Shown piece by piece: positions 43,336 to 53,727 of a stretch of DNA of 64,000 bases (position 1 is its first letter; each line of letters opens with the position of its first letter). The position numbers and the translations under genes are program-made. Under the pieces are notes generated by a model. The model did no database searches. It worked only from the letters and a program-made list of their open reading frames with translations, and was not told where the DNA came from. Source of the stretch: Bacillota bacterium (GTDB taxonomy: Bacteria; Bacillota; Limnochordia; DTU087); NCBI GenBank assembly GCA_012799135.1, contig JAAZLW010000175.1, positions 3,075 to 67,074 of the forward strand, written 5' to 3'.

Positions 43336-44238
43336 TCAAACTCGCCAATATTCTGTAAGTGTGTTGGCAAGCACCACGAAATCCTCAGGGCTTAAGGTCT
43401 CAGCCCGCTGTTGGGGAGAGATGTCGCAAGATCGCAAAATATCCTGTAGCTTCGCTTTGGAGATAGTATCCCCCAGAATTGAGGATAGAGCATTAGTCAG
43501 AGTCTTCCGCCTCTGACCAAAACCTGCTTTGACTACTCTCCAGAAGAGAGCAGGATCTGCTGCCTCGATAACATATGGTCTCATGGTAAACTTGACTATT
43601 GCCGAATCCACCTCCGGTGGAGGCATGAAAACGGTTGGTGGCACTACTTGACAGATCTCCACGTCACTATAATAACCAGCCAAAACTGTAAGGGTTCCAT
43701 AAGCCTTGGTACCAGGCTCAGCTGTAAATCTTTGGGCTACCTCCTTTTGGATCATGACAGTAATAGTATCCAAAGCAACCTGCTGAGAAAAGAGATTGAG
43801 CAAGAGGGGTGATGTGAGATAATAGGGCAGGTTCGCAACGAGTTTGGCCCGCGAAAGCCCATGCGTCTCCCAGAAGTCGTGCCAGTCCACCTTCATGGCA
43901 TCCTCAGCCACGATCTCAACATTATCATATTGGGCAACTGTCTCTTTGAGAATAGGGTGCAATCGGGCATCGACCTCTATGGCCAAAACACTGCCGGCAG
44001 TACTGGCTAGGGCCCTGGTCAGAGTTCCTATCCCGGCCCCGATCTCAATAACAAGATCATCCTTGGATACTGCCGCCGCCCGAATGATACCGCGGAGGAT
44101 ATTGCCATCTACCAAGAAGTTCTGTCCCAAGGACTTGCGGAAGGTGAAACCATGTGCCTCAACCAATCGGCGTACTGCCGTTGGAGTTGCCAGAGTAGTA
44201 TCTATGCTTCTTGGATCCACCTTCATATCTACCTCCAT
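43336..44238 (-). CDS. rsmA: 16S rRNA (adenine1518/1519-N6)-dimethyltransferase
   Basis: FRKSLGQNFL and VIEIGAGIGTLT motifs. Confidence 0.92.
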   Translation of the reverse strand: MEVDMKVDPRSIDTTLATPTAVRRLVEAHGFTFRKSLGQNFLVDGNILRGIIRAAAVSKDDLVIEIGAGIGTLTRALASTAGSVLAIEVDARLHPILKETVAQYDNVEIVAEDAMKVDWHDFWETHGLSRAKLVANLPYYLTSPLLLNLFSQQVALDTITVMIQKEVAQRFTAEPGTKAYGTLTVLAGYYSDVEICQVVPPTVFMPPPEVDSAIVKFTMRPYVIEAADPALFWRVVKAGFGQRRKTLTNALSSILGDTISKAKLQDILRSCDISPQQRAETLSPEDFVVLANTLTEYWRV

Positions 44239-44273
44239 CGCTTATTACGAAAACGGGCAGGAATCCCTGCCCA

Positions 44274-45284
44274 CTAGTCCAGAATGTAGACCTTCACCTG
44301 CCTGCGTCCGTATTGGATAGCTTCTTTGTATGTCTCAAAACACAGGTCGATGCGCTTCCCTTTAATGGCCCCTCCTACATCAGCAGCTAGGGCGTGACCA
44401 TAACCGGGAATGTATAGACGTGTGCCTAGGGGAATAACCTTGGGATCCACAGCTGCTATACCGAAACCGGCTTTTACACCAGTGGCTGTAAACCCATCGG
44501 CCCACTTACCCGTACTCTCCGGACCGGGATAATAGGCTGTGGCAGTCATGTCCTTCACTTCACGATAGCGGACACCACCCCGAGAGGTACTGAGGGTTTG
44601 CCATACCTCTCTAGTCCCTATTCCGATTATCTCATCTTTGGGCTCCCGCACCACTTTAGTCAGTACCAGCTTTTTGTCGACTTCTCGCCCATTCTCATAG
44701 GTTATTTCAAAGAACTTTTCCTGCAGCCCCGGCTGACCTTTTCGCACGATCTTGGTCTTACCCTTCTCTAGTGTAGGTTCCGCCCATTTCTTGCTCCCAT
44801 GGGGAATTGCTTCCTCCACCGTTACCTGGGCCTTAGTAACTCGAATGATCTCGATGGTATCGTGAGCTACCACCCCGTGAGTCAAGTCTGGCTCTACTCG
44901 ATCAAGCTCGCTAAGGTTGACACCTTGCTGTTCTAGGAATTCTTCCACCGACCCACCGGTAAACCGAACTGTTTGCTCTGTTCCATCGGCGATTAGGGTC
45001 ACCGGAAAGCTCCGCTTGATCCGGATTTCCATACCTCGAGTCAATCTTTGACTAAGGGCCGGTTCTACTAGATCACCCTGATCCAAAGAAATGCCTGCTT
45101 TGGTTAACGCACCACTAACGTCTCTTCTCCAAGTGGTCAATACCTGCTGGATATCTTGATCCACAATGATGGTTACCGTTTTTGCCATTGCCAACCAGAT
45201 CCCCAAGCTAAGGAATATAGCCACTAAGATCAAGCTGATCAGCAGTTGGCGCCCTTGCGGTTTAGCTACCGGACTGAAACTCAA
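44274..45284 (-). CDS. yabE: YabE-like cell-wall protein (DUF348 repeats, G5 domain, 3D/RlpA-like domain)
   Basis: N-terminal TM segment. G5-like KGKTKIVRKGQPG..YENG. C-terminal 3D-domain pattern AVDPKVIPLGTRLYIPGYG..ADVGGAIKG.RIDL. Confidence 0.75.
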   Translation of the reverse strand: MSFSPVAKPQGRQLLISLILVAIFLSLGIWLAMAKTVTIIVDQDIQQVLTTWRRDVSGALTKAGISLDQGDLVEPALSQRLTRGMEIRIKRSFPVTLIADGTEQTVRFTGGSVEEFLEQQGVNLSELDRVEPDLTHGVVAHDTIEIIRVTKAQVTVEEAIPHGSKKWAEPTLEKGKTKIVRKGQPGLQEKFFEITYENGREVDKKLVLTKVVREPKDEIIGIGTREVWQTLSTSRGGVRYREVKDMTATAYYPGPESTGKWADGFTATGVKAGFGIAAVDPKVIPLGTRLYIPGYGHALAADVGGAIKGKRIDLCFETYKEAIQYGRRQVKVYILD

Positions 45285-45335
45285 TGCGTCAACCTCCCAG
45301 TCTTATGGATTGTACGTTAATCTCCGCAAACAGCA

Positions 45336-45551
45336 TCAAGCTCCATTTTCGTCATTATCATCCAGCTGATACAGATGGCGAAACCGCCCTAAACGCTCCT
45401 TCAACTCCTGGATACTATAGCGGTCCAGATCATCAACCATTTCTACAATTTCCTCATATTCCCTTTCTGAAATAACGCCTTGTTCCACTAGCTTATCATA
45501 TGCCGCGACAAATCTGATCTTTATCCGCTCCAGCTCTTCGAACAATTCCAT
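45336..45551 (-). CDS. Small acidic hypothetical protein (71 aa)
   Basis: ORF only. Helical and acidic. No family recognised. Confidence 0.35.
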   Translation of the reverse strand: MELFEELERIKIRFVAAYDKLVEQGVISEREYEEIVEMVDDLDRYSIQELKERLGRFRHLYQLDDNDENGA

Positions 45552-45599
45552 ACGAACACCTCAATCGATCATGAGCAAAAGAAGCTAGCCGTAGCCTAG

Positions 45600-47003
45600 C
45601 TACATCGGTTCCCTCGGGCTTTCCTCCACGAAACGAGTATACTCTTTGAGGTATTTTAGCCGGATCTTGCCAGTGGGTCCCTTACGCTGTTTAGCGAATA
45701 TCACCTCAGTCTGGCCTGTGAGTCCCTTTTCGGCTGCTTGCTCCGGATAGTAATAGTCTTCCCGATAGAGGAACATGATCACGTCGGCAAATTCTTCAAT
45801 ATTGCCACTATCTCGCAGATCAGACATCATAGGACGCTTATCATCCCGGCTCTCAACCCCCCGATTCAGCTGAGAAAGAAGAATCAAAGGTAAATCCAAT
45901 TCACCGGCTAGATCCCGCAATTCTCTAACAATGTCACCTACAATCAAAGCCCAGTTTTTCCTGGTCTCTGGTGGGGGTTTGATCAGCTGCAAATAGTCGA
46001 CGATAATCAGTCCTAGATTCGGTCGCTCTGCCTTAGCTTTTCTGGCTTTGGCTCTAATCTCCGCCACTGTCAGGCCGCGTCTGTCAACGATCTGAATTGG
46101 CAATTTGTAAAGGTCGTTGAACACCGATTGGGTGATCGCAAACTGGGAATCAGTCATTTTGGTTGCATAGTCGAAGGCGGTTACCTCTTCGGATCCTTGA
46201 CCCTTAAAACGAAATAGTTCACTTAACACCAAGCGATCACCGATCTGCTCATCATCCATTTCCAAGCTAAAGATCAGCACCGGTATATCCCGCTTGGCCA
46301 CATTGACCGCGAAATTGAGTGCCAAGGACGTTTTACCCATACTAGGCCGTGCTGCCAGTATGATCAGGTCTTTATTCTTAAATCCTGTCGTAAAGGCGTC
46401 TATGGATGGATAACGTACTGATAGTCCATAGGTAGCTTTGCCCTCCCGCCTCTGCAGCAGATTGACATAGCATTTGTTTAGAACCTCTAAAAGATCCTTG
46501 GCATCATCTTCAGGACTAGCCACCGCATTAGTGGCGGCGAAGATTAGCTCCTGGGCCCTGGCTTGGTAACCTTCAACGCTTTCTTCTGTTTCCAGCAAAA
46601 CCATTTGCTCAATCCGCTGGGCTGCCTGTAGAATCTGCCGTTTTGCGTTCTTTTCAAGCAATACCTCTATACTCGGTTGCAGCTCAGCCTGACTGGCAAA
46701 AGACTCAGTAATGGCAACCAATACTTCCTCGAGAGTATCAATCTGCTGCTCCTTGCGGAGCTTGGCATATACTTGCGTATAGGATATCCGGCCCTTGGAA
46801 TGATATAGATCGAGAATGACTTGGTAGATCATCCGATGAATCCGATCATAGAAATGGACGATCTGCAGCTTGTCCACAGCTAAGTCAATCTTGTCGGGAT
46901 ACTTGATCAGGATACCCAAGACCCGCCGCTCAGCACCAAGATCCATGGGAATAAACGGTACTTTACCCTCTCTAATCTCCAACTGCCTAGCTGTTGTGCT
47001 CAT
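45600..47003 (-). CDS. dnaB: Replicative DNA helicase
   Basis: ARPSMGKTSLALN (Walker A), SLEM, IVDYLQLI, LSQLNR and SDLRDSGNIEEFADVI motifs. 17-nt overlap with the upstream DnaD-like gene. Confidence 0.9.
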   Translation of the reverse strand: MSTTARQLEIREGKVPFIPMDLGAERRVLGILIKYPDKIDLAVDKLQIVHFYDRIHRMIYQVILDLYHSKGRISYTQVYAKLRKEQQIDTLEEVLVAITESFASQAELQPSIEVLLEKNAKRQILQAAQRIEQMVLLETEESVEGYQARAQELIFAATNAVASPEDDAKDLLEVLNKCYVNLLQRREGKATYGLSVRYPSIDAFTTGFKNKDLIILAARPSMGKTSLALNFAVNVAKRDIPVLIFSLEMDDEQIGDRLVLSELFRFKGQGSEEVTAFDYATKMTDSQFAITQSVFNDLYKLPIQIVDRRGLTVAEIRAKARKAKAERPNLGLIIVDYLQLIKPPPETRKNWALIVGDIVRELRDLAGELDLPLILLSQLNRGVESRDDKRPMMSDLRDSGNIEEFADVIMFLYREDYYYPEQAAEKGLTGQTEVIFAKQRKGPTGKIRLKYLKEYTRFVEESPREPM

Positions 47004-47922
47004 TAGGGTAAAGCTCCTTCCATTTCCGAATTAGCTCACTATCAGCTTCGACATAAGCCCCAGCGTTAGGCAAGCCCTCGTAGCTTGCGGAACTGCTCGG
47101 GCTTTCACCAGAAATCTCAGGATACCTCTTTAGTGCTTCATCAAAGGTACGGACACCATCATTATACCAATTGCGTAGTACACCTTCCAGGTATTGAATC
47201 CGAGGATTATCTGCCTTACGAGCCGTTATATCAATGGCAGCCGCGACTACTTCGGCGGTCATCCCTGACTCTTCTACCCAAAAGCGAAGTTTATCCCTTT
47301 GCTTAGGGCCCATCAAGCCGATACGCTTATGATAGAGATCAAGTACGGCCTGGAGGTCTGCCTCGGCAGAAGAGAATACTTCCTTATCTAATACTGCCTG
47401 CTGGCCAGCTGCCGCGGACTCAGTAGTCTCCACTGGCAGAGTCTCAGCTACAGAGCTCAAACTCAGATCTAAAGACAGGTCCGGTTCGATCTTGTCTGGG
47501 GCCCGATCCTGCAAAGCAGTAACCTCGACTGTAGATTGCTCTTCTACCTGCTGACCCGGCGAATGCTCCCCTTCTCTGCCTGCGGCCAATTCCGCAGCAA
47601 AGCGAATGGCAAACTGCTCTGCCGATAGGGGTAGACGTAACCTGATCACCCTGTCTTTCATCTCTACAAGCTCATACTGCTCCAATCGGTGTAAAGCCAA
47701 GGTGATAGTCTCTGGATGAAAACCGGTTTGGGCCTGCAACTGGGCCACCAAAGCATCGATATCAGGTACCGAGCTTCTCTCCCCCCAACACTGCAGATGG
47801 AGCCATAGCAATACGGCCTCGTTCCCTACAATCTGGTGATAGACAGTGAGTAGTTCCCGGGGCACAGCAATTAACCATCGAGGGTTTTCCACCTGCCAAG
47901 CCCTGGTATTATCGCTTGCCAT
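46987..47922 (-). CDS. DnaD/DnaB_2-domain replication initiation protein
   Basis: C-terminal ..KLRFWVEESGMTAEVVAAAIDITARK..PRIQYLEGVLRNWYNDGVRT is a DnaB_2/DnaD C-terminal-like motif. ATG at 47922 lies 5 nt after GGGAGGGA. Confidence 0.7.
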   Translation of the reverse strand: MASDNTRAWQVENPRWLIAVPRELLTVYHQIVGNEAVLLWLHLQCWGERSSVPDIDALVAQLQAQTGFHPETITLALHRLEQYELVEMKDRVIRLRLPLSAEQFAIRFAAELAAGREGEHSPGQQVEEQSTVEVTALQDRAPDKIEPDLSLDLSLSSVAETLPVETTESAAAGQQAVLDKEVFSSAEADLQAVLDLYHKRIGLMGPKQRDKLRFWVEESGMTAEVVAAAIDITARKADNPRIQYLEGVLRNWYNDGVRTFDEALKRYPEISGESPSSSASYEGLPNAGAYVEADSELIRKWKELYPNEHNS

Positions 47923-48022
47923 CGGTATCCCTCCCGGCAACTACCTGCCAGCAGTCAAATTAGCCTTTGGGACAAACCCAAAGGCCCTGTCTGGCTTTGG
48001 CAATGCTGTTAGATACTTCTCC

Positions 48023-49930
48023 TTATGCGACCGGATTCCTGCTCTCCAGCTCGCCGAGGAGCCCTTCCCATCTCTCATACAGAGCTTTGAGCTCCTCCGA
48101 CACCTGCCGATGCTGCAAAGACACTGACCTAATGGCGGCTCCATCCACATAGATTTCCGGATCGGCCATCTGTTCCGTTAGGCGTTGGAGTTCCTCTTCC
48201 ATCTGGACAATGGTCTCCTCCAGCTCTATCAATTCCTTGCTTAGGTCAGTATCCGACCCCTTGGCGGCAGTCTTATCAGTACGCTTTTGCACCGGTGCTT
48301 TGGCGGCTACCCGAGCTGCCTCTTCCTGCTTTTTCTGCTCCCGAAAGGAACTATAAGTTCCAGGAAAAAAGGTGTTCTTCCCCGGTTCTAGAATCAGCAG
48401 ATTTGTCACCAACTTGTCCAACAGATAGCGATCGTGAGTCACTAAGATCACGGTGCCGGAGAAATTAGCCAGTGCTTGCTCCAAGGCCTCCCGGCTAAGT
48501 ATATCAAGATGATTAGTCGGTTCATCCAGCATTAATACATTGGGCTGAGTCAAAAGCAGCTTGGCCAGAGCCACTCGGCAACGCTCCCCACCACTCAGGC
48601 TGCCAACACGGTTAAAGACTGTATCTCCGGCAAATAGAAATCTAGCCAAAAAGCTGCGCATGTCCCCCACCGGCAGGTTGCATACCTCCAGCATTTCATC
48701 CAATACGGTATTCTCTGTACCTAAGTCATCCAGTCCCTGACGAAAATACCCTACAGAGACCCCGTCTCCCCACCGGAAGGTCCCACCCATGGCAGATTCC
48801 TCATTAGCCAGTACCTTAAGTAGCGTGCTTTTTCCTACGCCATTGGGACCAATGATACCCCACCGTTCACCCCGCAAGACTGACAGTTCCAGCCCCGATA
48901 CCAGGGGTTTTTCGCCATATCCCACGTCTAAACCCTCAGTAATAAGCACTTGTTTTACGGTATGGGCCTCATAGGATAAATTCAAACGCAGAGTCCCACT
49001 ATCTGTTGGCCTCACTACCGGTTGCAGCTTGGCCAGACGCTTTGCCCGACTCTGGGCCTGCCTGGCTCGGTTACCCGCCCGATAGCGGTTGATATATTCC
49101 TGTAATCGTCTAGCTTCTTCTGTGACGGCTTGATAGTCAGCCTCCTGTCGAGCCAGTCGCTCTTCGCGTAGTTTCAGAAAATGACTAAAATTGCCCGGGT
49201 ATTGGAGTAGCCGGTGGTTGTCCAACTCCCAGATGCAAGTACAGACCATGTCTAGGAAATACCGGTCATGAGATACTACAATCACCGCTTGGCTCAAGGA
49301 TCGTAGATACCCTTCCAGCCACTCCGTTGCTTGCATATCTAGGTGATTGGTGGGCTCATCCAAGAGCAAAAGATCCGGTTCGGCCAGCAGTACTCGGGCT
49401 AGCTCGGCTCTTACTTGCTCACCACCACTGAACTCCCGTACCGAACGATCAAGATCATCGCCGGAAAACCCCAATCCGTAGATGACTTGCTTCATCTTCA
49501 CTTCGTATGAATAACCACCCAAATGGCGAAATTCCTCTTGCAGACGGCCATAGCGTCGCATCACCTCATCCAGAAGGTCAGGATTCTGATATACCTCCGG
49601 TGAGGCCATGCTTTTCTCAAGATTGTGTAAAGCATCGGCCATCTCCCGTATCTCGATAAGCTCCTGCATCAAAAGGTGCCGCAAAGTCAGGTCCCAAGTC
49701 CGCATAGGTCTTTGGGGCAAGTATCCGATCCGACACTGACCGGCTTTACGAATGACGCCAGTATCCGGCATGATTTCCTCCACCAAAAGGGCAAGAAGAG
49801 TCGTCTTGCCCGCGCCATTGGGACCGACAAGCCCTATCTTATCTCCCCGCTCAATATTAGCCGAAACAGTAGAGAGAATCAGTTTGTCTCCATAGTATCT
49901 GGTAATCTGGTCTAGCTGTACAAGGCTCAA
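48023..49930 (-). CDS. ABC-F family ATPase (two NBDs, C-terminal coiled coil; translation-factor type)
   Basis: Two Walker A sites (GPNGAGKTT, GPNGVGKST) and two signatures (FSGGEQVR, LSGGERCR). No TMD. Confidence 0.88.
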   Translation of the reverse strand: MSLVQLDQITRYYGDKLILSTVSANIERGDKIGLVGPNGAGKTTLLALLVEEIMPDTGVIRKAGQCRIGYLPQRPMRTWDLTLRHLLMQELIEIREMADALHNLEKSMASPEVYQNPDLLDEVMRRYGRLQEEFRHLGGYSYEVKMKQVIYGLGFSGDDLDRSVREFSGGEQVRAELARVLLAEPDLLLLDEPTNHLDMQATEWLEGYLRSLSQAVIVVSHDRYFLDMVCTCIWELDNHRLLQYPGNFSHFLKLREERLARQEADYQAVTEEARRLQEYINRYRAGNRARQAQSRAKRLAKLQPVVRPTDSGTLRLNLSYEAHTVKQVLITEGLDVGYGEKPLVSGLELSVLRGERWGIIGPNGVGKSTLLKVLANEESAMGGTFRWGDGVSVGYFRQGLDDLGTENTVLDEMLEVCNLPVGDMRSFLARFLFAGDTVFNRVGSLSGGERCRVALAKLLLTQPNVLMLDEPTNHLDILSREALEQALANFSGTVILVTHDRYLLDKLVTNLLILEPGKNTFFPGTYSSFREQKKQEEAARVAAKAPVQKRTDKTAAKGSDTDLSKELIELEETIVQMEEELQRLTEQMADPEIYVDGAAIRSVSLQHRQVSEELKALYERWEGLLGELESRNPVA

Positions 49931-49949
49931 ATCAACTACTCCCCTACAA

Positions 49950-50249
49950 CTACCCTACCTGCCGCTGACGGCCAACTTCCTGTACCGAAACTGCCGGTTT
50001 GGAGCGCGCCAGTATCAAACCTGACCACCAGGCCAGAAGCAGTCCTCCACCGGCGATCAAGTATTTCGCCAAAAGCCATCTAAGTGCCGCCAGATAAGGC
50101 TCTGGTGAGCCAAAGGCAGGAATGGCTGCCTGCCAGATATTCCTGTAGAACAGCCATGCCCACCCGGCGAAACCCAAAGACGCAACATTCATCAAGAGCC
50201 GCCCCCAAAACCTTGCCTGTGGTGTCTTTTTCCTGGAGGTTCGCCACAT
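49950..50249 (-). CDS. Small membrane protein (99 aa), hypothetical
   Basis: Three hydrophobic segments. ORF only. Confidence 0.4.
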   Translation of the reverse strand: MWRTSRKKTPQARFWGRLLMNVASLGFAGWAWLFYRNIWQAAIPAFGSPEPYLAALRWLLAKYLIAGGGLLLAWWSGLILARSKPAVSVQEVGRQRQVG

Positions 50250-50301
50250 TGGTCTCGGTCCTTTCTGCCCCTTGGGGCTTATTATGGTGGCTCAGATCCA
50301 T

Positions 50302-51492
50302 CTAGGGTTCAGATCTCATCTCTTTTGGACGGAAGGAAGTTTCATTGCGCTGTTTGTCCCCATGGCGTTCTATAGCTAGCTCAATGAGACGATCGATCAG
50401 TTCTCCGTAGGGAAGCCCACTAGCCTCCCACAATTTCGGATACATACTGATGGGAGTAAAGCCTGGTATGGTATTGATCTCATTAATGTAGACTTCCTCT
50501 GTCGCTTTGTCCACGAAGAAATCCACTCGAGCCATTCCTGCACAGTCTAGAGCTTTAAAGGCTTGCACGGCCAGATCCTGTACTTTCCTGGTCGCCTTAG
50601 CCGATATTCGGGCCGGGATGATCAGCTCAGAATCATCATCATGGTACTTGGCCACATAGTCGTAAAACTCCCGGGATGGTATTATCTCTCCAGGCACCGA
50701 TGCAATGGGCTCATCGTTACCCAACACACTACACTCCACTTCCCGGGCATTACCGGCATCTTTCTCGATCACAAATTTGCGGTCATAAACGGCAGCCTCC
50801 GCAAGGGCTGGCTGTAACTCGCCGGAGTTGCGTACTTTAGAGATGCCCACACTGGAACCAAGGGAGGCTGGTTTCACAAAGCAAGGGTAGGCCAGATGAG
50901 ATTCTACCTCTTTTTGTACCAATGCAGGATCCTTTTCCCACTGGGAACGGAGCACTACCAAGTAGGGTAGCTGCGGAAAACCACCTGCACTGAGCACTGC
51001 TTTGGCGATAGCTTTGTCCATAGCCACCGCTGAACCTGTTATTCCGGCACCGATGTATGGTAGATCCGCTAACTCCATCAGACCCTGGATCGCACCATCT
51101 TCTCCATAGGTTCCGTGCAGAACCGGGAATACTACATCCAGGCGATTGGTCAGTTGCGGTATCTGTGGGGTTTCCCCTTCGACATCCAAGGCAACCAAAC
51201 CGGCTTTCCCAGGAACGGGAAGTAAGGATACCGGTAAAGCCTCCTGGGAAGCAGAAGACTGCAACTGCCTAGGCTCCTTTGCCTCAAGTTGGCGTACCTG
51301 GGATGAAAGCAGTGCTAATACGTCATCTCCTACCAGCCACTGCCCAGCCTTGGTAATACCTATAGGTATGATATCATATTTAGTCTTGTCTACAGCCTTG
51401 AGAACACAGGAGGCCGATGTGAGTGAGACCTCGTGTTCACTGGAGCGTCCTCCGAAAATGATTCCGACTCTTATTTTCTCTGTCACCTGCAC
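50302..51492 (-). CDS. ddl: D-alanine--D-alanine ligase
   Basis: [28 protein letters not shown] and [10 protein letters not shown] motifs. Confidence 0.92.
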   Translation of the reverse strand: MQVTEKIRVGIIFGGRSSEHEVSLTSASCVLKAVDKTKYDIIPIGITKAGQWLVGDDVLALLSSQVRQLEAKEPRQLQSSASQEALPVSLLPVPGKAGLVALDVEGETPQIPQLTNRLDVVFPVLHGTYGEDGAIQGLMELADLPYIGAGITGSAVAMDKAIAKAVLSAGGFPQLPYLVVLRSQWEKDPALVQKEVESHLAYPCFVKPASLGSSVGISKVRNSGELQPALAEAAVYDRKFVIEKDAGNAREVECSVLGNDEPIASVPGEIIPSREFYDYVAKYHDDDSELIIPARISAKATRKVQDLAVQAFKALDCAGMARVDFFVDKATEEVYINEINTIPGFTPISMYPKLWEASGLPYGELIDRLIELAIERHGDKQRNETSFRPKEMRSEP

Positions 51493-51699
51493 GGGCTACT
51501 GCCAAGCAGAGGCCCTTTCTCTCCCTTCGCAAAACATGCTTTCCCCGCGGGAAGCCTTTTAATACTATATGTACTCCATTACCACCTTATTACCTGCGCC
51601 GGTTGCTAGAGCAGGTTTAGCAGATATGGTTGTAGAATACAGAACTAGCAGTCAGTGGGAGGAAATGCCTCCCGACTTAGGTAGGAGGAATTATTACCG

Positions 51700-51903
51700 G
51701 TGGAAGCTCAGTGGCAAGCTTTGGTTGAAACACAGCGAGAACTGAACCAGCAGTTGGGAGCACTTTTGAAAACCGTTGAGATCAATCTGTTTGACGAGGA
51801 ACTAGTGCGACAATGTAAAGAAGAAATAACAGAGATGCTGATCCAGACCCAACGCCAGGTTAACCACCTCTGCCGACAGTATCTCGAAGCTATGGATCAT
51901 TAG
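51700..51903 (+). CDS. Small helical hypothetical protein (67 aa)
   Basis: GTG start downstream of AGGAGGAA. Coiled-coil-like composition. No family recognised. Confidence 0.35.
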   Translation: MEAQWQALVETQRELNQQLGALLKTVEINLFDEELVRQCKEEITEMLIQTQRQVNHLCRQYLEAMDH

Positions 51904-51934
51904 GTTTGCTTATTTGAAGTGAAGGAGTGTTCAC

Positions 51935-52699
51935 ATGGCCACAATCAATGGCGAAGCAAAGGCCCTGTTTTCTCTGACAGTTGCGGAAGGTAAGCGCCTG
52001 ATTGGTAAAGCAGTAGCAGAGCTGCCAGTAGTGAAGAAGGCATACAAGCATGGGCGATTGATCATAGCTAACGGTATCACCAATGCCTACATTGTTGAAG
52101 AGATCCTAGGACAACCTATAGAGAAAATGCGTTATACGGCCGGGGTTGTTACTCAGGGGCAGTATTCAGCGACCCGTGGGGAAAACCGGATGGCACCGGT
52201 TTGTTTCGAAGATGGCAAGCAAAGCAACCATCCTTGGCCAGACATTCTGGATGAGTTCACGGCCGATGACGTTTTCATCAAGGGAGCCAATGCCATAGAC
52301 CCAGCTGGTATGGCCGGTGTCCTGGTCGGAGCACCCAATGGGGGCACCTGTGGCTTGGCGCTAGGCAGATTGTACGCCAGAGGCAGCCATGTTATTGTTC
52401 CTGTTTCCCGAGAGAAACTAATCCCATCAGTGGAGGCAGCCGTCCGTCAGCTAGGCATACATGCCTTGGATGACTCTTTGGGTATGACCTGTGGCATGGT
52501 GCCCATTGTCGGTGCCACTGTGATCACGGAGATCGAAGCCCTTTCCACTCTATTTCGAGTTGAGGCCCTACAGGTCTCAGCCGGAGGAGTAGGCGGCAGT
52601 GAAGGCAGTGTGGGATTGCTAATTAGGGGTGATGAAGAAGAGGTAGCAGCTGCTATGACTTGCATAAGGAATATCAAGGGCGAGCCTGCTGTTTCTTAG
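51935..52699 (+). CDS. Conserved-looking hypothetical protein (254 aa), family not recognised
   Basis: ATG 9 nt after GAAGGAG. Gly-rich loops (GANAIDPAGMAG, APNGGTCG, GGVGGSEG). Followed by a clean terminator. Confidence 0.5.
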   Translation: MATINGEAKALFSLTVAEGKRLIGKAVAELPVVKKAYKHGRLIIANGITNAYIVEEILGQPIEKMRYTAGVVTQGQYSATRGENRMAPVCFEDGKQSNHPWPDILDEFTADDVFIKGANAIDPAGMAGVLVGAPNGGTCGLALGRLYARGSHVIVPVSREKLIPSVEAAVRQLGIHALDDSLGMTCGMVPIVGATVITEIEALSTLFRVEALQVSAGGVGGSEGSVGLLIRGDEEEVAAAMTCIRNIKGEPAVS

Positions 52700-52769
52700 A
52701 GCGGTATTTCGGTTAGTGGGGCCTAACCGCCCTAACCCTAACACCCATGGTTTTGGTTATTGCAGTCCG

Positions 52770-52797
52770 ACTCCTATCCTGTTTCCAGGGTAGGAGT
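52770..52797 (+). terminator. Intrinsic terminator of the plus-strand two-gene islet
   Basis: ACTCCTATCC-tgtttcca-GGGTAGGAGT followed by TTCGTG. Confidence 0.55.
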
Positions 52798-52811
52798 TTC
52801 GTGTAGTTCAG

Positions 52812-53699
52812 TCAGATATCAAGTGCCGCTGATAGCTGCCGCTGTAAGGCGGTTTTCATAACATCAACCGGAGCCTTGACTTGTAACCAAATCTCCAGTG
52901 CAGCCGCCCCCTGATAAGCCAGCATGCCCAATCCCGGCAGTGTGGCTCGACCACTGGCAGCGGCCTTTTGTATGAGTAGAGTTTTGTTTGGATTATAGAC
53001 TATATCACAAATCAGGGCTGTCTGTGGTAAGTGCTCGATCTCCAGCGGAGGTATAGTGGCGACCTCAGGGTACATGCCTAGGGAAGTCGTATTAACTAGA
53101 ATATCTGTGCTGAGTAGATACGAGTTCAGCTCCCTGAAGCCGATACCTATGGCGCTACATCCGGTTTGTTTGTGGATCTCGGCAGCTAATGCTACTGCCC
53201 GACTTTCTGTCCGATTACTTACCACCAGAGCCCTTGCCTTAGATAGAGCCAATTGGAACCCAATCGCTCGCGCTGCACCACCGGCTCCGATGATCATAAC
53301 CCTTAGGCCTTTGGGGTCGCAACCGGCTTCTTCCTTAAGAGACCGCAAGAAACCGTAACCATCGGTGTTATACCCCACTAGGCGTCCTGTCTGGTTACTG
53401 ATGGTGTTGACAGCCCCAATCAGCTGTGCTACGGGATCGATCTCATCTAAGTAATCGGCAACCGCCACTTTGTGCGGTATAGTCACATTCAGTCCTTTGA
53501 TACCGAGGGCTCTCATCCCAGCCATAGCTTCCTGTACATGCAAGGCACTTACAGAAAAAGGCACATAGACATAATCTTTGCCCAAGGCTTGCAAAGCGGC
53601 ATTATGCATGGCCGGTGATAGGCTATGCCCAATTGGGTCACCGATCACGCCTAGTACACCGGTAGAGCCGGTTAAGCACTGAGTAAAACGGTTTGGCAA
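52812..53699 (-). CDS. aroE: Shikimate dehydrogenase
   Basis: GVIGDPIGHSLSPAMHNAA and GAGGAARA motifs. Confidence 0.9.
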   Translation of the reverse strand: MPNRFTQCLTGSTGVLGVIGDPIGHSLSPAMHNAALQALGKDYVYVPFSVSALHVQEAMAGMRALGIKGLNVTIPHKVAVADYLDEIDPVAQLIGAVNTISNQTGRLVGYNTDGYGFLRSLKEEAGCDPKGLRVMIIGAGGAARAIGFQLALSKARALVVSNRTESRAVALAAEIHKQTGCSAIGIGFRELNSYLLSTDILVNTTSLGMYPEVATIPPLEIEHLPQTALICDIVYNPNKTLLIQKAAASGRATLPGLGMLAYQGAAALEIWLQVKAPVDVMKTALQRQLSAALDI

Positions 53700-53727
53700 C
53701 TGGTGTCCCCTTTCTCTATGTCTAATA

